From NCBI GenBank assembly GCA_045615765.1, contig JAZLFM010000014.1:629-64628 (forward strand): 64,000 nt of DNA. Reading direction: 5' to 3'. Positions 1 to 10,572 of the stretch are shown piece by piece. Origin of the DNA: Bacteroidales bacterium (GTDB lineage: Bacteria > Bacteroidota > Bacteroidia > Bacteroidales > UBA1715). The translations under genes were made by a program, and so were the position numbers. Every line of letters starts with the position of its first letter. The first letter of the stretch is position 1. The notes beneath the pieces were generated by a model. It saw only the letters and a program-made list of their open reading frames with translations, made no database searches and was not told the DNA's origin.

Positions 1-386
1 GTTTTGTCTTTTGCAGGAGCAGACATGATAACTTTCTTAGCACCAGCTTTGATGTGAGCTTCAGCAAGTTCAGCTGTCAAGAAGAAACCAGTTGATTCAA
101 CAACTACATCTACACCAAGAGCACCCCAAGTGATTTGAGCTGGATCTTTTTCAGCGAAGATTTGGATTTTGTTACCATCAACGATCATGTAGTTACCTTC
201 TACTTTGATGTCGTGGTTGAATTGACCATGAACTGAATCATATTTTAGCATGTATGCTAAATAATCAGCGTCCAAAAGGTCGTTGATACCTACTACTTGA
301 ATGTCCTTGCCGAAGTTTTCTACAGCAGCACGGAACACCATACGGCCGATACGACCGAAACCGTTAATACCAAGTTTAATTGCCAT
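1..386 (-). CDS. gap: glyceraldehyde-3-phosphate dehydrogenase, N-terminal part (3' end lies outside the window)
   Basis: Reverse translation from the ATG at 384-386 gives [37 protein letters not shown]...SAPAKDK. The [12 protein letters not shown]-binding motif is typical of type I GAPDH. It is absent from the ORF track because there is no stop codon inside the window. Confidence 0.9.
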   Translation of the reverse strand, partial: MAIKLGINGFGRIGRMVFRAAVENFGKDIQVVGINDLLDADYLAYMLKYDSVHGQFNHDIKVEGNYMIVDGNKIQIFAEKDPAQITWGALGVDVVVESTGFFLTAELAEAHIKAGAKKVIMSAPAKDK

Positions 387-432
387 AATAAATAAATTTA
401 TAAATTATTGTTAAAAACATTTTTGACGGCCA

Positions 433-440
433 CAAATTTA
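433..440 (-). promoter_or_regulatory. Bacteroidota-type -7 promoter box (TAnnTTTG) for gap
   Basis: TAAATTTG on the minus strand, 46 nt before the gap ATG. Confidence 0.55.
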
Positions 441-557
441 CATTAAAATTAAATATTTCAAAATGTTTATCTTTCATTTTTCTTTTCTTTTTCAAAAACA
501 ATTCCATTAAAATGCACAGATAAACAAGAGAATGATTGATAAAAAAATTTTTTACAA

Positions 558-565
558 TATTTTTG
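558..565 (+). promoter_or_regulatory. Bacteroidota-type -7 promoter box for rluD
   Basis: TATTTTTG, 12 nt before the ATG at 578. Confidence 0.5.
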
Positions 566-577
566 TAAAAAAATTGG

Positions 578-1615
578 ATGAACGAGGATTTCGACATAGA
601 AGAAATTGAAGAGAAAAGTTTGTACGAACATTACCGATATGTTGCGGACAAAGGACAGTCTCTTATACGCGTCGATAAATTTCTTAACGACAGAATCGAA
701 GGTATTTCTCGAACAAAAATACAAGATGCTGCAGAAGCAGGTTTTCTTTTTGCAAACGGGAATCCCATCAAAGCGAACTACAAAGTAAAGCCTAACGACA
801 TTATTACAATTGAGTTCGAAGCGCCAAAACAAGAATTACGAATAATACCTGAAGACATTCCACTTGACATTGTTTACGAAGACGACCAACTTATGGTCAT
901 AAACAAAAAGCCAGGAATGGTCGTACACCCAGGATGCGGGAACTACACTGGTACGTTAGTCAATGCGATTGCGTGGCATTTACAAGGAAATATTCAATTT
1001 GAAGAAAATGACCCTCGTCCTGGATTAGTTCACAGAATAGACAAAGACACTTCCGGACTACTTGTTGTTGCAAAAAATGAGCAGGCAAAGGCTTTCCTTG
1101 CTGATCAATTTTTCCATAAAACCACGCAAAGAACGTATGTTGCAATCGCCTGGGGTACACCCAAAGAAAGCGAAGGAACGATAACTGGTTATATCGGTCG
1201 TAGTTTAAAAGATAGAAAAGTTATGACATTGTTTCCAGACGAAACAAATGGGAAATGGTCGGTTACACATTATAAAGTACTGAAAGATTTGGGATACGTA
1301 TCTGTTGTTCAATGTAATCTCGAAACGGGAAGAACACACCAAATCCGTTGTCACTTCAAATCAATCGGGCATCCATTATTTAACGACGAAACATACGGAG
1401 GCAACCAAATAGTAAGAGGAACTACTTTTACGAAATACAAACAATTTGTAGAAAACTGTTTTTCTGTCTGTCCTCGCCAAGCGTTACACGCTAAAACACT
1501 AGGTTTTACCCATCCAACGACCGGAGAATTCATGCAATTCGATTCTGAAATCCCATCTGATATGGCAACATTAATTACGAAATGGGAGAAATACGGAAAC
1601 AACGATAAAAATTAA
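578..1615 (+). CDS. rluD: 23S rRNA pseudouridine synthase, RluA/RluD family
   Basis: 345 aa. N-terminal S4-like region, then the catalytic motif HRIDKDTSGLLVVAK and GRTHQIRCH. Confidence 0.9.
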   Translation: MNEDFDIEEIEEKSLYEHYRYVADKGQSLIRVDKFLNDRIEGISRTKIQDAAEAGFLFANGNPIKANYKVKPNDIITIEFEAPKQELRIIPEDIPLDIVYEDDQLMVINKKPGMVVHPGCGNYTGTLVNAIAWHLQGNIQFEENDPRPGLVHRIDKDTSGLLVVAKNEQAKAFLADQFFHKTTQRTYVAIAWGTPKESEGTITGYIGRSLKDRKVMTLFPDETNGKWSVTHYKVLKDLGYVSVVQCNLETGRTHQIRCHFKSIGHPLFNDETYGGNQIVRGTTFTKYKQFVENCFSVCPRQALHAKTLGFTHPTTGEFMQFDSEIPSDMATLITKWEKYGNNDKN

Positions 1616-1644
1616 TTTATTCTCTTTAATATAGAATCTTTTTT

Positions 1645-1652
1645 TACTTTTG
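1645..1652 (+). promoter_or_regulatory. Bacteroidota-type -7 promoter box for the TPR/OmpA pair
   Basis: TACTTTTG, 37 nt before the ATG at 1690. Confidence 0.55.
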
Positions 1653-1689
1653 ACTCGATTTTAATTCACACTTGTTAAAACAAATAACG

Positions 1690-2742
1690 ATGAAAAAAAC
1701 AATTTTAATTATTGGACTTCTGTTTTCATCTGCGTTGTTTTCTTTCGCTCAAGAAGAAGAAATCAACACTATCGTAGTGGAAGCAGGCCAAGAAGCAGAA
1801 GAGGCCTACAATGCGGGCATCACATTTATGTCTTCCAAACAATACAATGAGGCTATTGCAAAGTTTGAGGAAGCGACTAAAATCAACCCAAATTTCCGTC
1901 AAGCCTACATTAACCTTGGTAGTGCAAAATCTGCTGCACAAGACTACGATGGTGCTATTGTTGCATTCGACAAAGCACTAGACCTTGACACAACACAAGG
2001 ACAAGCATGGTACTTGAAAGGGATGGCAGAATTCAATAAGAATCGTTATAGAGAATCATACGAAGACTTACAAAGCGCTTTCCGTAACGGATACGAAACT
2101 GCAGAAGCAAACTACTATGCTGGCGTTGATTTATTCATGGTGAAAGACTACGAAAATGCACTAAAATCGTTCGACAAAGCAATACAATTAGATGAATCTT
2201 TTGCTTTTGCTTATAACGACCGAGGAAGTTGTTTCTTAAAACTTGAAAAATATGACGAAGCTATTAAAAACTACGAACAAGCTATCTCATACGATCCACA
2301 ATTGGCAAACACATATGACAATCTTGGCTCTGCATTAGTTAAGCAAGGTAATCTACCTGACGCTGTAAAGAACTTCACGTTAGCAATCAACAAGAAACAA
2401 AACTTCTACGCTGCCTACAACAACCGTGGCGAAGCATATTACAAACAAGGAGATATAAAAGCAGCTTTCAACGATTTCAAAAAAGCTATAGAAATCAACA
2501 ATCAATATGCATTAGCATACAATAACTTAGGTATCATTTACGCAAGCCAAAAGAAATATGAAGAAGCTTTGAAAATGTACGCAAAAGCTATCCAAATCAA
2601 TCCAAACTTTGGCTTGGCATATTACCACCAAGCTGCTGCACAAGAAATGCTTAGACAATTCGACGAATGTTGTATGTCGCTTGTAAAAGCTCGCGAACTT
2701 GGAGTAAACGTTCCTGCTGCATATACTACTAACTGTAATTAA
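1690..2742 (+). CDS. secreted tetratricopeptide (TPR) repeat protein
   Basis: Signal peptide MKKTILIIGLLFSSALFSFAQ, followed by about 8 TPR-like units (A..Y.NLG..., A...F.KAI..NP). The ORF-track TTG start at 1672 is trimmed to the ATG at 1690. Confidence 0.8.
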   Translation: MKKTILIIGLLFSSALFSFAQEEEINTIVVEAGQEAEEAYNAGITFMSSKQYNEAIAKFEEATKINPNFRQAYINLGSAKSAAQDYDGAIVAFDKALDLDTTQGQAWYLKGMAEFNKNRYRESYEDLQSAFRNGYETAEANYYAGVDLFMVKDYENALKSFDKAIQLDESFAFAYNDRGSCFLKLEKYDEAIKNYEQAISYDPQLANTYDNLGSALVKQGNLPDAVKNFTLAINKKQNFYAAYNNRGEAYYKQGDIKAAFNDFKKAIEINNQYALAYNNLGIIYASQKKYEEALKMYAKAIQINPNFGLAYYHQAAAQEMLRQFDECCMSLVKARELGVNVPAAYTTNCN

Positions 2743-2762
2743 TCACCCGAAAATTTTGTACA

Positions 2763-4832
2763 ATGAAATATATAGTAAAATGTATAACAATTGTAGCATT
2801 GCTTTTTAGCGCATCGCTTACATTTGGACAAAATGTTGAGTTTATAAAAAAGAACTTTAACGACGACAAAGGATTAAAGAACGCTTTGCGAGATGTTGAC
2901 GAAGGAGATTCTTACCAAGAAATAGGAGATTACAAAACAGCATTGAATGCATACTTAAAAGCACAAGCATTCAACCCTAACAATGCAGACCTTAACTATA
3001 AAATAGGTAAATGTTATTGGATGATGAGCGACCCAGAATCCTCAATTCCATATTTCACAAAAGCTATAGAATTGGATCCTGTAAACTCTGGTTTTATTTA
3101 TGGTGTTCTTGGTCAAGCATACCAAGCAACATACAAATTCGAAGAAGCTATTAACGCATACCAAAAAGCTCGTGCACGTCTTACTGCCGACGAAAAGAAA
3201 ACGAAAGGAAACGATTTGGCAAAACATATTGATGAATGTAACAATGGTAAACGATTCCTTACAGACTCAGTACGCGTTTTCATAGATAACATGGGTTCTG
3301 CTATCAACTCTAAATATACAGACTACGCTCCTATTATTTCTGCAGACCAATCAATGTTGATTTTCACTTCTACACGCGAAAATCCATACAACAAAAAAGC
3401 ATTCGACGATGGCGAATACGATGAAAACCTATGGGTTTCATATAGAAAGGGAACTACTTGGTCACAAGCTGAAGACATGGGTGAACCTATCAATACTAAA
3501 GAAAACGATGCTACTATCGGTTTGTCTGCCGATGGTCAGAAACTATTCACTTTCTATGGAAAGAATGGTGGTGATATTAAATATTCAGAAAAGAAAGGTG
3601 ACACTTGGACAAAACCAGAACTTTTCAGTGCAATAAATACACCAAACGGACACGAAAACTCTGCCAGTTTCTCATTCGACGGCAAGACAATCTACTTCTC
3701 TAGCGACAATATAGAAAAAGTCACAAACTACGGAGAACACGATATCTTCATGTGCCAAATGAACGAAAAAGGCAAATGGGGAAAACCTGTAAACATTGGT
3801 CCAACAATTAATACAGACAAAGATGAAATTGGAGTTTTCATGCACCCAGACGGAAGAACTTTGATCTTTGCATCAAATGGACACAACACAATGGGTGGAT
3901 ATGACATTTTCAAGACAACTCTACAAGATGACGGAACTTGGTCAGAACCAGAAAACATGGGATACCCTATCAACACTCCTGGTGACGAAACATTCTTAGT
4001 AATGGATGGTAGTGGAACACATGCATATTACGCTTCTACAAGAAAAGGTGGTTATGGAGGTCTTGATATCTATATGATTACTTTCCTTGGTCCAGAAAAG
4101 AAACTTAACATGACAACAGAAAACAACCTAATCGCTGTGATGGCAAACCCTATCCAACAAGAAGTTGTTATGGAAAAATCTGTTGAAATCAAGACTGCCC
4201 GTTTGACAGTCGTAAAAGGTGTTGTTTCAGAAGCCTATACGGATCCTGCTAAATACTTAGATGCACAAATCGAAATCACAGATAACGCAACCGGTCAAGT
4301 ACTTTTCACAAACCAAGCAAACTCTGTTACAGGTAAATTCTTGCTTCCACTTCCATCAGGAAAGAACTATGGTATCGCTGTTAAGAAAGACGGATATTTG
4401 TTCCATTCAGAGAACTTTGATGTTCCACAAACAACAGATTACCAAGAAATATTCCTTGACATTAAGTTGATGCCAATGACAAAAGACGCAAAAATCGTAT
4501 TGCGTAACGTATTCTTCGACACTGACAAATCAACTCTAAAACCAATGTCTTACACTGAGTTGGATAAATTAGTTGAAATCTTGACAAAGAATCCTAAGAT
4601 GAACATTGAAATTGGTGGACACACCGACAATGTTGGTTCAAAAGCTTACAATCAAAAACTTTCTCAAGCTCGTGCAGAAGCCGTTGTTAACTATTTGATA
4701 TCTAAGAATATTGCACAAAATAGATTAACATTCAAAGGTTATGCATTCGACGAACCAATTGAATCAAACGACACACCAGAAGGACGTGCTCAAAACCGTC
4801 GTGTTGAATTTAAAATCTTAAGCAACGAATAA
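2763..4832 (+). CDS. OmpA-family envelope protein (TPR + PD40/TolB-like beta-propeller + OmpA C-terminal domain)
   Basis: 689 aa with a signal peptide. N-terminal TPRs, central PD40-like repeats (YFSS/YYAS..R.GGYGGLDIY), and a C-terminal peptidoglycan-binding OmpA motif (GGHTDNVGSKAYNQKLSQARAEAVVNYL...RAQNRRVEF). Confidence 0.85.
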   Translation: MKYIVKCITIVALLFSASLTFGQNVEFIKKNFNDDKGLKNALRDVDEGDSYQEIGDYKTALNAYLKAQAFNPNNADLNYKIGKCYWMMSDPESSIPYFTKAIELDPVNSGFIYGVLGQAYQATYKFEEAINAYQKARARLTADEKKTKGNDLAKHIDECNNGKRFLTDSVRVFIDNMGSAINSKYTDYAPIISADQSMLIFTSTRENPYNKKAFDDGEYDENLWVSYRKGTTWSQAEDMGEPINTKENDATIGLSADGQKLFTFYGKNGGDIKYSEKKGDTWTKPELFSAINTPNGHENSASFSFDGKTIYFSSDNIEKVTNYGEHDIFMCQMNEKGKWGKPVNIGPTINTDKDEIGVFMHPDGRTLIFASNGHNTMGGYDIFKTTLQDDGTWSEPENMGYPINTPGDETFLVMDGSGTHAYYASTRKGGYGGLDIYMITFLGPEKKLNMTTENNLIAVMANPIQQEVVMEKSVEIKTARLTVVKGVVSEAYTDPAKYLDAQIEITDNATGQVLFTNQANSVTGKFLLPLPSGKNYGIAVKKDGYLFHSENFDVPQTTDYQEIFLDIKLMPMTKDAKIVLRNVFFDTDKSTLKPMSYTELDKLVEILTKNPKMNIEIGGHTDNVGSKAYNQKLSQARAEAVVNYLISKNIAQNRLTFKGYAFDEPIESNDTPEGRAQNRRVEFKILSNE

Positions 4833-4856
4833 AAATTCCCGATTGGGATGAGCACA

Positions 4857-4890
4857 AGAAAGCGTCATATTTTTTATGGCGCTTTTTTTA
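4857..4890 (+). terminator. rho-independent terminator after the OmpA-family gene
   Basis: The 8-bp stem AGCGTCAT / ATGGCGCT (one G.U pair) at 4861-4868 and 4876-4883 is followed by a T7 run. Confidence 0.7.
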
Positions 4891-4978
4891 TGCACTGAAA
4901 AATGCAACACATACAGAAAGAACAAAAAATACTTTAGTAAAAACAAAGTCGCATTTAGTATAATTCAAAATAATTTAC

Positions 4979-4986
4979 TATTTTTG
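4979..4986 (+). promoter_or_regulatory. Bacteroidota-type -7 promoter box for pckA
   Basis: TATTTTTG, 66 nt before the ATG at 5053. Confidence 0.55.
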
Positions 4987-5052
4987 CAAGGTTTGAGTTA
5001 CAAGCTCAAATAGGAATAGTTAAGTATTAATTCATAAATAAAAGTACAACAA

Positions 5053-6654
5053 ATGGCAAATTTAGATTTGACAAAGTACGGAATTACAGGTGCAACTGTA
5101 ATCGCCCACAATCCTTCTTATGAAGAATTGTTCAAAGAAGAAACTAAAGCTGGACTAGAAGGCTTTGAAGTTGGTCAAAACACTGAACTACAAGCAGTGA
5201 ATGTAATGACAGGTATCTACACTGGTCGTTCTCCTAAAGACAAATACATTGTAATGGATGAAAATTCTAAAAACACTGTATGGTGGACAACTGAAGGTTA
5301 CAAAAACGACAACCACCCAATGTCAGAAGAAGTTTGGGCTACAGTAAAAGGTCTTGCAGTAAAAGAACTTTGCAACAAAAATCTTTATGTAGTTGATGCT
5401 TTCTGCGGTGCTAACAAAGATACTCGTATGGCTGTTCGCTTCATCGTTGAAGTAGCATGGCAAGCACACTTTGTAACAAACATGTTCATTAAGCCAACTG
5501 CTGAAGAACTTGCTAACTTTACACCTGATTTCGTTGTTTACAATGCTTCTAAAGCAAAAGTAACTAACTTCAAAGAATTAGGTTTGAACTCTGAAACTTG
5601 CGTTGCTTTCAACACAACTTCTAAAGAACAAGTTATCATCAACACATGGTACGGTGGTGAAATGAAGAAAGGTATGTTCTCAATGATGAACTACTATCTT
5701 CCACTTAAAGGTATCGCTTCTATGCACTGTTCTGCAAACTGCGATATGAACGGTGAAAACACTGCTATTTTCTTCGGTCTTTCAGGAACTGGTAAAACAA
5801 CTCTTTCTACAGATCCAAAACGTCGTCTTATCGGTGATGACGAACACGGATGGGATGATAACGGTGTATTCAACTTCGAAGGTGGTTGCTACGCAAAAGT
5901 TATCGGTCTTTCTAAAGAACACGAACCAGATATCTACGGTGCTATCAAACGTAACGCTCTTCTTGAAAACGTTACAGTTGATGCTAATGGTAAAATTGAT
6001 TTCAACGATAAATCAGTTACAGAAAACACTCGTGTTTCTTACCCAATCAACCACATCAACAACATTCAACCAGGATCATCTGCTCCAGCTGCTAAGAATG
6101 TAATCTTCTTGTCTGCTGATGCATTCGGAGTTCTTCCTCCAGTATCTATCTTGACTCCAGCTCAAACTCAATACTATTTCTTGAGTGGTTTCACTGCTAA
6201 ATTGGCTGGTACTGAAAGAGGTATTACTGAACCAACTCCAACATTCTCTGCATGTTTCGGTCAAGCTTTCTTGGAATTGCACCCAACAAAATATGCTGAA
6301 GAATTAGTTAAGAAAATGGAAAAATCAGGTGCTAAAGCTTACTTAGTAAACACTGGTTGGAACGGTACAGGAAAACGTATTTCTATTCCTGATACTCGTG
6401 GTATCATCGATGCTATTCTTGATGGTTCTATCCTTAAAGCTGAAACTAAGAAAATCCCTATGTTCGATTTCGAAGTACCAACAGCTCTTCCAAATGTAAA
6501 CCCAGCTATCCTTGACCCACGCGACACTTACGATTGCGCTTGCAAATGGGAAGAAAAAGCTAAAGACTTGGCTGGTCGTTTCATTAAGAACTTCGAAAAA
6601 TACACAACTAACGAAGCTGGTAAAGCTTTAGTTGCAGCAGGTCCAAAACTATAA
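5053..6654 (+). CDS. pckA: phosphoenolpyruvate carboxykinase (ATP)
   Basis: 533 aa. Kinase-1a P-loop [21 protein letters not shown], and PEPCK-ATP family length. Biased codon usage suggests high expression. Confidence 0.95.
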   Translation: MANLDLTKYGITGATVIAHNPSYEELFKEETKAGLEGFEVGQNTELQAVNVMTGIYTGRSPKDKYIVMDENSKNTVWWTTEGYKNDNHPMSEEVWATVKGLAVKELCNKNLYVVDAFCGANKDTRMAVRFIVEVAWQAHFVTNMFIKPTAEELANFTPDFVVYNASKAKVTNFKELGLNSETCVAFNTTSKEQVIINTWYGGEMKKGMFSMMNYYLPLKGIASMHCSANCDMNGENTAIFFGLSGTGKTTLSTDPKRRLIGDDEHGWDDNGVFNFEGGCYAKVIGLSKEHEPDIYGAIKRNALLENVTVDANGKIDFNDKSVTENTRVSYPINHINNIQPGSSAPAAKNVIFLSADAFGVLPPVSILTPAQTQYYFLSGFTAKLAGTERGITEPTPTFSACFGQAFLELHPTKYAEELVKKMEKSGAKAYLVNTGWNGTGKRISIPDTRGIIDAILDGSILKAETKKIPMFDFEVPTALPNVNPAILDPRDTYDCACKWEEKAKDLAGRFIKNFEKYTTNEAGKALVAAGPKL

Positions 6655-6673
6655 TAAATAGTTTTCCTAATAG

Positions 6674-6708
6674 AAAAAGGTTCTGATCATTTGGTCAGAA
6701 CCTTTTTT
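6674..6708 (+). terminator. rho-independent terminator after pckA
   Basis: AAAAAGGTTCTGA ... TCAGAACCTTTTTT. The stem is flanked by an A-run and a T-run, so it could act in both directions. Confidence 0.75.
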
Positions 6709-6754
6709 ATTTTCTACAAATCAGTAAACAGGAATCAAAATCAACGAAAAAAGA

Positions 6755-6762
6755 TATCTTTG
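6755..6762 (+). promoter_or_regulatory. Bacteroidota-type -7 promoter box for the rfaE-like gene
   Basis: TATCTTTG, 23 nt before the ATG at 6786. The box position argues against the ORF-track TTG start at 6771. Confidence 0.55.
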
Positions 6763-6785
6763 CAAAGACATTGATTTTTATTCAA

Positions 6786-7757
6786 ATGAATTATAAAAAA
6801 GAATTTGAGGAAGCAGAAGAAAAAGCCATTATGATAATTGGCGATGTAATGCTTGATTCATACATTTGGGGAAGCGTTGACCGCGTGTCACCAGAAGCTC
6901 CAGTTCCTGTGGTTAATGTTAGTTCCACAGAAGACCGACTAGGCGGGGCAGCCAATGTAGTAAAAAACATTGCCTCACTTGGTATGAAACCTATTCTTTG
7001 TAGTGTGGTTGGCGATGATGAAGCAGGAAGAAAATTCTTTGACATTCTGGCAAAGCGTGAGATTCCATCACAATACTGCGTTGTTGACCACGAAAGAAAA
7101 ACTACCGTTAAAACACGAGTTATTTGCGGGAAACAACAAATGTTACGCGTTGATAGCGAACAAACTAACGAATTGGACGAAAACATACAGCAAGAACTCA
7201 AAAACAATATCGTAAAAGCAATTACAGAGCAAAAAGTTTCGGCTATCATTCTGCAAGATTATGACAAAGGAATTTTTTGCAAACAATTCATTGAATTTGT
7301 AGCCGAACTAGCGGCACAAAAAAATATACCCGTACTGGTTGATCCTAAAAAGCGAAACTTTAACAATTTCAAAAACATATCACTATTTAAACCTAACTTT
7401 AAGGAATTCACAGAAGGTATAGGAAAAACATGTGCAAAAGACGATTATATCGGATTATACACGCTTGCACGTGATTTTATGCTAAAAAACAATATTGCGA
7501 CAATGATGATTACACTTTCAGAACACGGAATATTTGTTGCAAATAAAGATCGATATATCCATATTCCTACTCAAGTTCGTCATGTAGCAGATGTTTCAGG
7601 AGCAGGAGACACCGTAATTAGCACAGCCGCTGTTTGTTATGTTTTAGGATTTCCAATGGAAGAAGTTGCTCGTATTTCAAACATAGCGGGCGGTTTAGTA
7701 TGTGAACAACCTGGAGTTGTAACTGTAGAAAAGAATCAATTAATACATCTCATATAA
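6786..7757 (+). CDS. rfaE: D-glycero-beta-D-manno-heptose-7-phosphate kinase-like (RfaE/HldE domain I, pfkB family)
   Basis: IGDVMLDSYIWGSVDRVSPEAPVPVV...RLGGAANV follows the HldE domain I pattern. The C-terminal DVSGAGDT is a pfkB motif. Confidence 0.8.
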   Translation: MNYKKEFEEAEEKAIMIIGDVMLDSYIWGSVDRVSPEAPVPVVNVSSTEDRLGGAANVVKNIASLGMKPILCSVVGDDEAGRKFFDILAKREIPSQYCVVDHERKTTVKTRVICGKQQMLRVDSEQTNELDENIQQELKNNIVKAITEQKVSAIILQDYDKGIFCKQFIEFVAELAAQKNIPVLVDPKKRNFNNFKNISLFKPNFKEFTEGIGKTCAKDDYIGLYTLARDFMLKNNIATMMITLSEHGIFVANKDRYIHIPTQVRHVADVSGAGDTVISTAAVCYVLGFPMEEVARISNIAGGLVCEQPGVVTVEKNQLIHLI

Positions 7758-8938
7758 TGACTGCAATATTAGTTGTCGATGACGAACGCGCTATTCGTAA
7801 TTCATTAAAAGAAATATTAGAATTTGAAGATTATAGCGTAGAACTTGCTGAAAATGGCGTAGAAGCATTAGAAAAAGTTAAAAACGGCAAATTTGATCTT
7901 GTTTTTTCTGACATAAAAATGCCAGAAATGGATGGAATCACATTACTTGAAGCTATTCTACAAGAAAGAAATGACATGCCTATCATTATGATGTCAGGAC
8001 ATGCCGAAATCGACACAGCAGTAAAAGCAATAAAACTCGGAGCATTTGATTTCATATCTAAGCCATTAGATATGAATAGAATACTTGTAACAGTACGAAA
8101 TGCTTTGGAAAAGAAAAACCTTGTACAAGAAACGACCAAACTAAAACAAGAAACTACAATGTTGAAGAAAAAAATCGGTTCAAAATACCAAATGATAGGT
8201 AAATCTGAACCATTACAAAAAATCTTTGACATTATAAACAAAGTAGCTCCTACCGATGCCCGTGTTCTTATAACTGGCCCAAATGGATCAGGGAAAGAAC
8301 TTATCGCACGAGCTCTTCACAATCAGAGCAATAGAAGCAATGCACCATTTGTAGAAGTCAATTGCGCAGCGATTCCTTCGGAATTGATTGAAAGTGAATT
8401 ATTTGGACACGAAAAAGGGGCTTTCACATCAGCTGTAAAAACTCGTATTGGAAAATTTGAACAAGCAGATGGTGGTACTTTATTTCTAGATGAAATTGGT
8501 GATATGAGTTTAGCTGCTCAAGCTAAAGTATTACGAGCTCTTCAAGAACAGAAAATCACTCGTGTTGGAAGCGACAAAGACATTTCCGTGAATGTACGTG
8601 TACTTGCAGCCACAAATAAAAATATGAAAGAGGAAATAGAAGAAAAACGCTTCCGCGAAGATTTATATCATCGTTTAAGTGTAATTCTAATAAAGAATCC
8701 TTCACTTGCAGAACGCATTGACGACATTCCATTACTAGCGGAACATTTTGTAGATATTTCTTGTCAGGAAATGGGCATACCGAAAAAAACTATTAGTGAC
8801 GCAGCAATAAAGAAACTACAAACTTTCCCATGGACAGGAAATATTCGAGAATTTCGTAATGTGATTGAACGTTTAGTAATTTTAGGAGGAAAGAGCATAG
8901 AGGAAAGCGATGTTGATTTATACACGCAACCTTTATAA
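7757..8938 (+). CDS. sigma-54-dependent response regulator (receiver + AAA+ domain, no C-terminal HTH)
   Basis: 393 aa. Receiver domain ([14 protein letters not shown]), Walker A GPNGSGKE, the sigma-54 contact loop as GAFTSA, and Walker B LFLDEIG. The protein ends right after the AAA+ lid. Its ATG overlaps the rfaE-like stop (TAATG). Confidence 0.85.
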   Translation: MTAILVVDDERAIRNSLKEILEFEDYSVELAENGVEALEKVKNGKFDLVFSDIKMPEMDGITLLEAILQERNDMPIIMMSGHAEIDTAVKAIKLGAFDFISKPLDMNRILVTVRNALEKKNLVQETTKLKQETTMLKKKIGSKYQMIGKSEPLQKIFDIINKVAPTDARVLITGPNGSGKELIARALHNQSNRSNAPFVEVNCAAIPSELIESELFGHEKGAFTSAVKTRIGKFEQADGGTLFLDEIGDMSLAAQAKVLRALQEQKITRVGSDKDISVNVRVLAATNKNMKEEIEEKRFREDLYHRLSVILIKNPSLAERIDDIPLLAEHFVDISCQEMGIPKKTISDAAIKKLQTFPWTGNIREFRNVIERLVILGGKSIEESDVDLYTQPL

Positions 8939-8942
8939 ATTC

Positions 8943-10394
8943 TTAGTTTCCTTTTTTCCAAAAACTTGGTAAGAAAAGCACTAACATTGTAAACACCTCA
9001 AGTCTTCCAATTAACATCAACAAAGTCATCACATACTTTGAAGAAGCTGAGAATGTACTAAATTCTGTCATCATTCCTGATGGGCAGAAACCTATTCCCA
9101 CATTGGAAATAGACAATGCTGATGCAGAAAAAGCGGTATAAAAATCGTGACCTATAAAAGACAACGCCAAAGTTCCTAGCAAGAAAATCAGAACATACAT
9201 AACTATAAAGGCATATACATTCGAGATAACTTTGTTCTCAATAGGCTTTCCGCTCATTCTAAGCGTTAATATTGCATTAGGATGAACTATTTGCTTCAAA
9301 GCAAGATAACTGTTCTTTAACAAGACTGAAATACGAACTATTTTTATCGCACCGGATGTTGAACCCGCACAAGCGCCAAAGAATGTTAAGAAAAACAATA
9401 TCATCTTTGAAGCATTCGGCATCGAAGCATAATCTGTAATAACAAATCCTGATGTAGTAATTATAGAAATTACTTGAAATAGAACTATACGAATCTGTCG
9501 TTCAAGTTCTGAAAACGCTCCTGTTTTCCAAGCATTAATAACAAGAATTGCAAATGCACAGCCAAGAACAACAATAATATAATTCTTAAGTTCATCATCC
9601 TTAGCTACTACACGGAATTTTCCACGTAAAGCCATATATAAGAGTACAAAATTGACTCCAGATATAAACATAAAGAACATAACCACATATTGCGTGTATG
9701 GCGTCATTTCCATAACGCTTGCATTTTGACTAGAAAATCCTCCAGAAGAAATACTAGAAAGCGCAAGAATAAGCGATTCATAAAAATTCATTCCGCCACA
9801 CATAAGTAAGATTACTTCAAGCACTGTGCAAGCTACATAAATTAAATAAATACGACTTGCCGTATCTTTAATACGAGGATGAATTTTATCCTTTGTAGGA
9901 CCTGATGCTTCGGCAGAATACAGCTGCATTCCTCCCATACCAATCATTGGTATTACAGCAACAGTAAGGACTATTATTCCCATACCTCCTACCCACTGCA
10001 TTAGACAGCGCCATAAAATAATTTGCTTTGAAAGCACCTCAATATCGGCAAATGTAGTCGCACCTGTTGTGGTAAATCCCGACATTGATTCAAATAATGC
10101 ATCTGCAAAAGAATGAAGACTTCCCGAAAACAAAAATGGCATAGTTCCAAATAGGGAAAAAACAATCCACACAACTCCTACGATTACATAACCTTCACGC
10201 CTACCAACAGAAAGAGATGAATTTCTAGTTGCTATAATTGCCAATACACCTGCAGAAACCGAAATGCCTATAGAAAGAAGGAATCCACGTAGATCTTCAC
10301 CGTAGCAAATACCAGCAATTAGACAAAAAAGCATAAGTATGCTTTCAAGCATAACCAACATACCAATTGCTCGTATTACTACTTTAAAATTCAT
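8943..10394 (-). CDS. trkH: Trk-type potassium uptake membrane subunit
   Basis: 483-aa polytopic protein with four selectivity-filter-like segments (SGFTTTGAT, SSGGFSS, TTSGF, SNVGIG). Confidence 0.9.
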   Translation of the reverse strand: MNFKVVIRAIGMLVMLESILMLFCLIAGICYGEDLRGFLLSIGISVSAGVLAIIATRNSSLSVGRREGYVIVGVVWIVFSLFGTMPFLFSGSLHSFADALFESMSGFTTTGATTFADIEVLSKQIILWRCLMQWVGGMGIIVLTVAVIPMIGMGGMQLYSAEASGPTKDKIHPRIKDTASRIYLIYVACTVLEVILLMCGGMNFYESLILALSSISSGGFSSQNASVMEMTPYTQYVVMFFMFISGVNFVLLYMALRGKFRVVAKDDELKNYIIVVLGCAFAILVINAWKTGAFSELERQIRIVLFQVISIITTSGFVITDYASMPNASKMILFFLTFFGACAGSTSGAIKIVRISVLLKNSYLALKQIVHPNAILTLRMSGKPIENKVISNVYAFIVMYVLIFLLGTLALSFIGHDFYTAFSASALSISNVGIGFCPSGMMTEFSTFSASSKYVMTLLMLIGRLEVFTMLVLFLPSFWKKGN

Positions 10395-10570
10395 TATTCT
10401 TCTTTGTCTTTATCGTCGTGTTTTGAAGCCAAAAATTCAAAACTTACACAGATCAAACCAATAATCAATAAACTTGTAATTACCTTTTGTTCTGCAGCAT
10501 CCATAATCATTAACACTAACGCAGCAATGCCAACAGCAAAAGCAACTGACAATAAAATTTTTCCTCTCAT
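10394..10570 (-). CDS. uncalled small membrane protein (58 aa, two predicted TM helices) between trkA and trkH
   Basis: Hand translation gives MRGKILLSVAFAVGIAALVLMIMDAAEQKVITSLLIIGLICVSFEFLASKHDDKDKEE. Its ATG lies 2 nt after the trkA stop and its TAA overlaps the trkH ATG (TAATG). It is below the 60-aa cut-off of the ORF track. Confidence 0.45.
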   Translation of the reverse strand: MRGKILLSVAFAVGIAALVLMIMDAAEQKVITSLLIIGLICVSFEFLASKHDDKDKEE

Positions 10571-10572
10571 AA

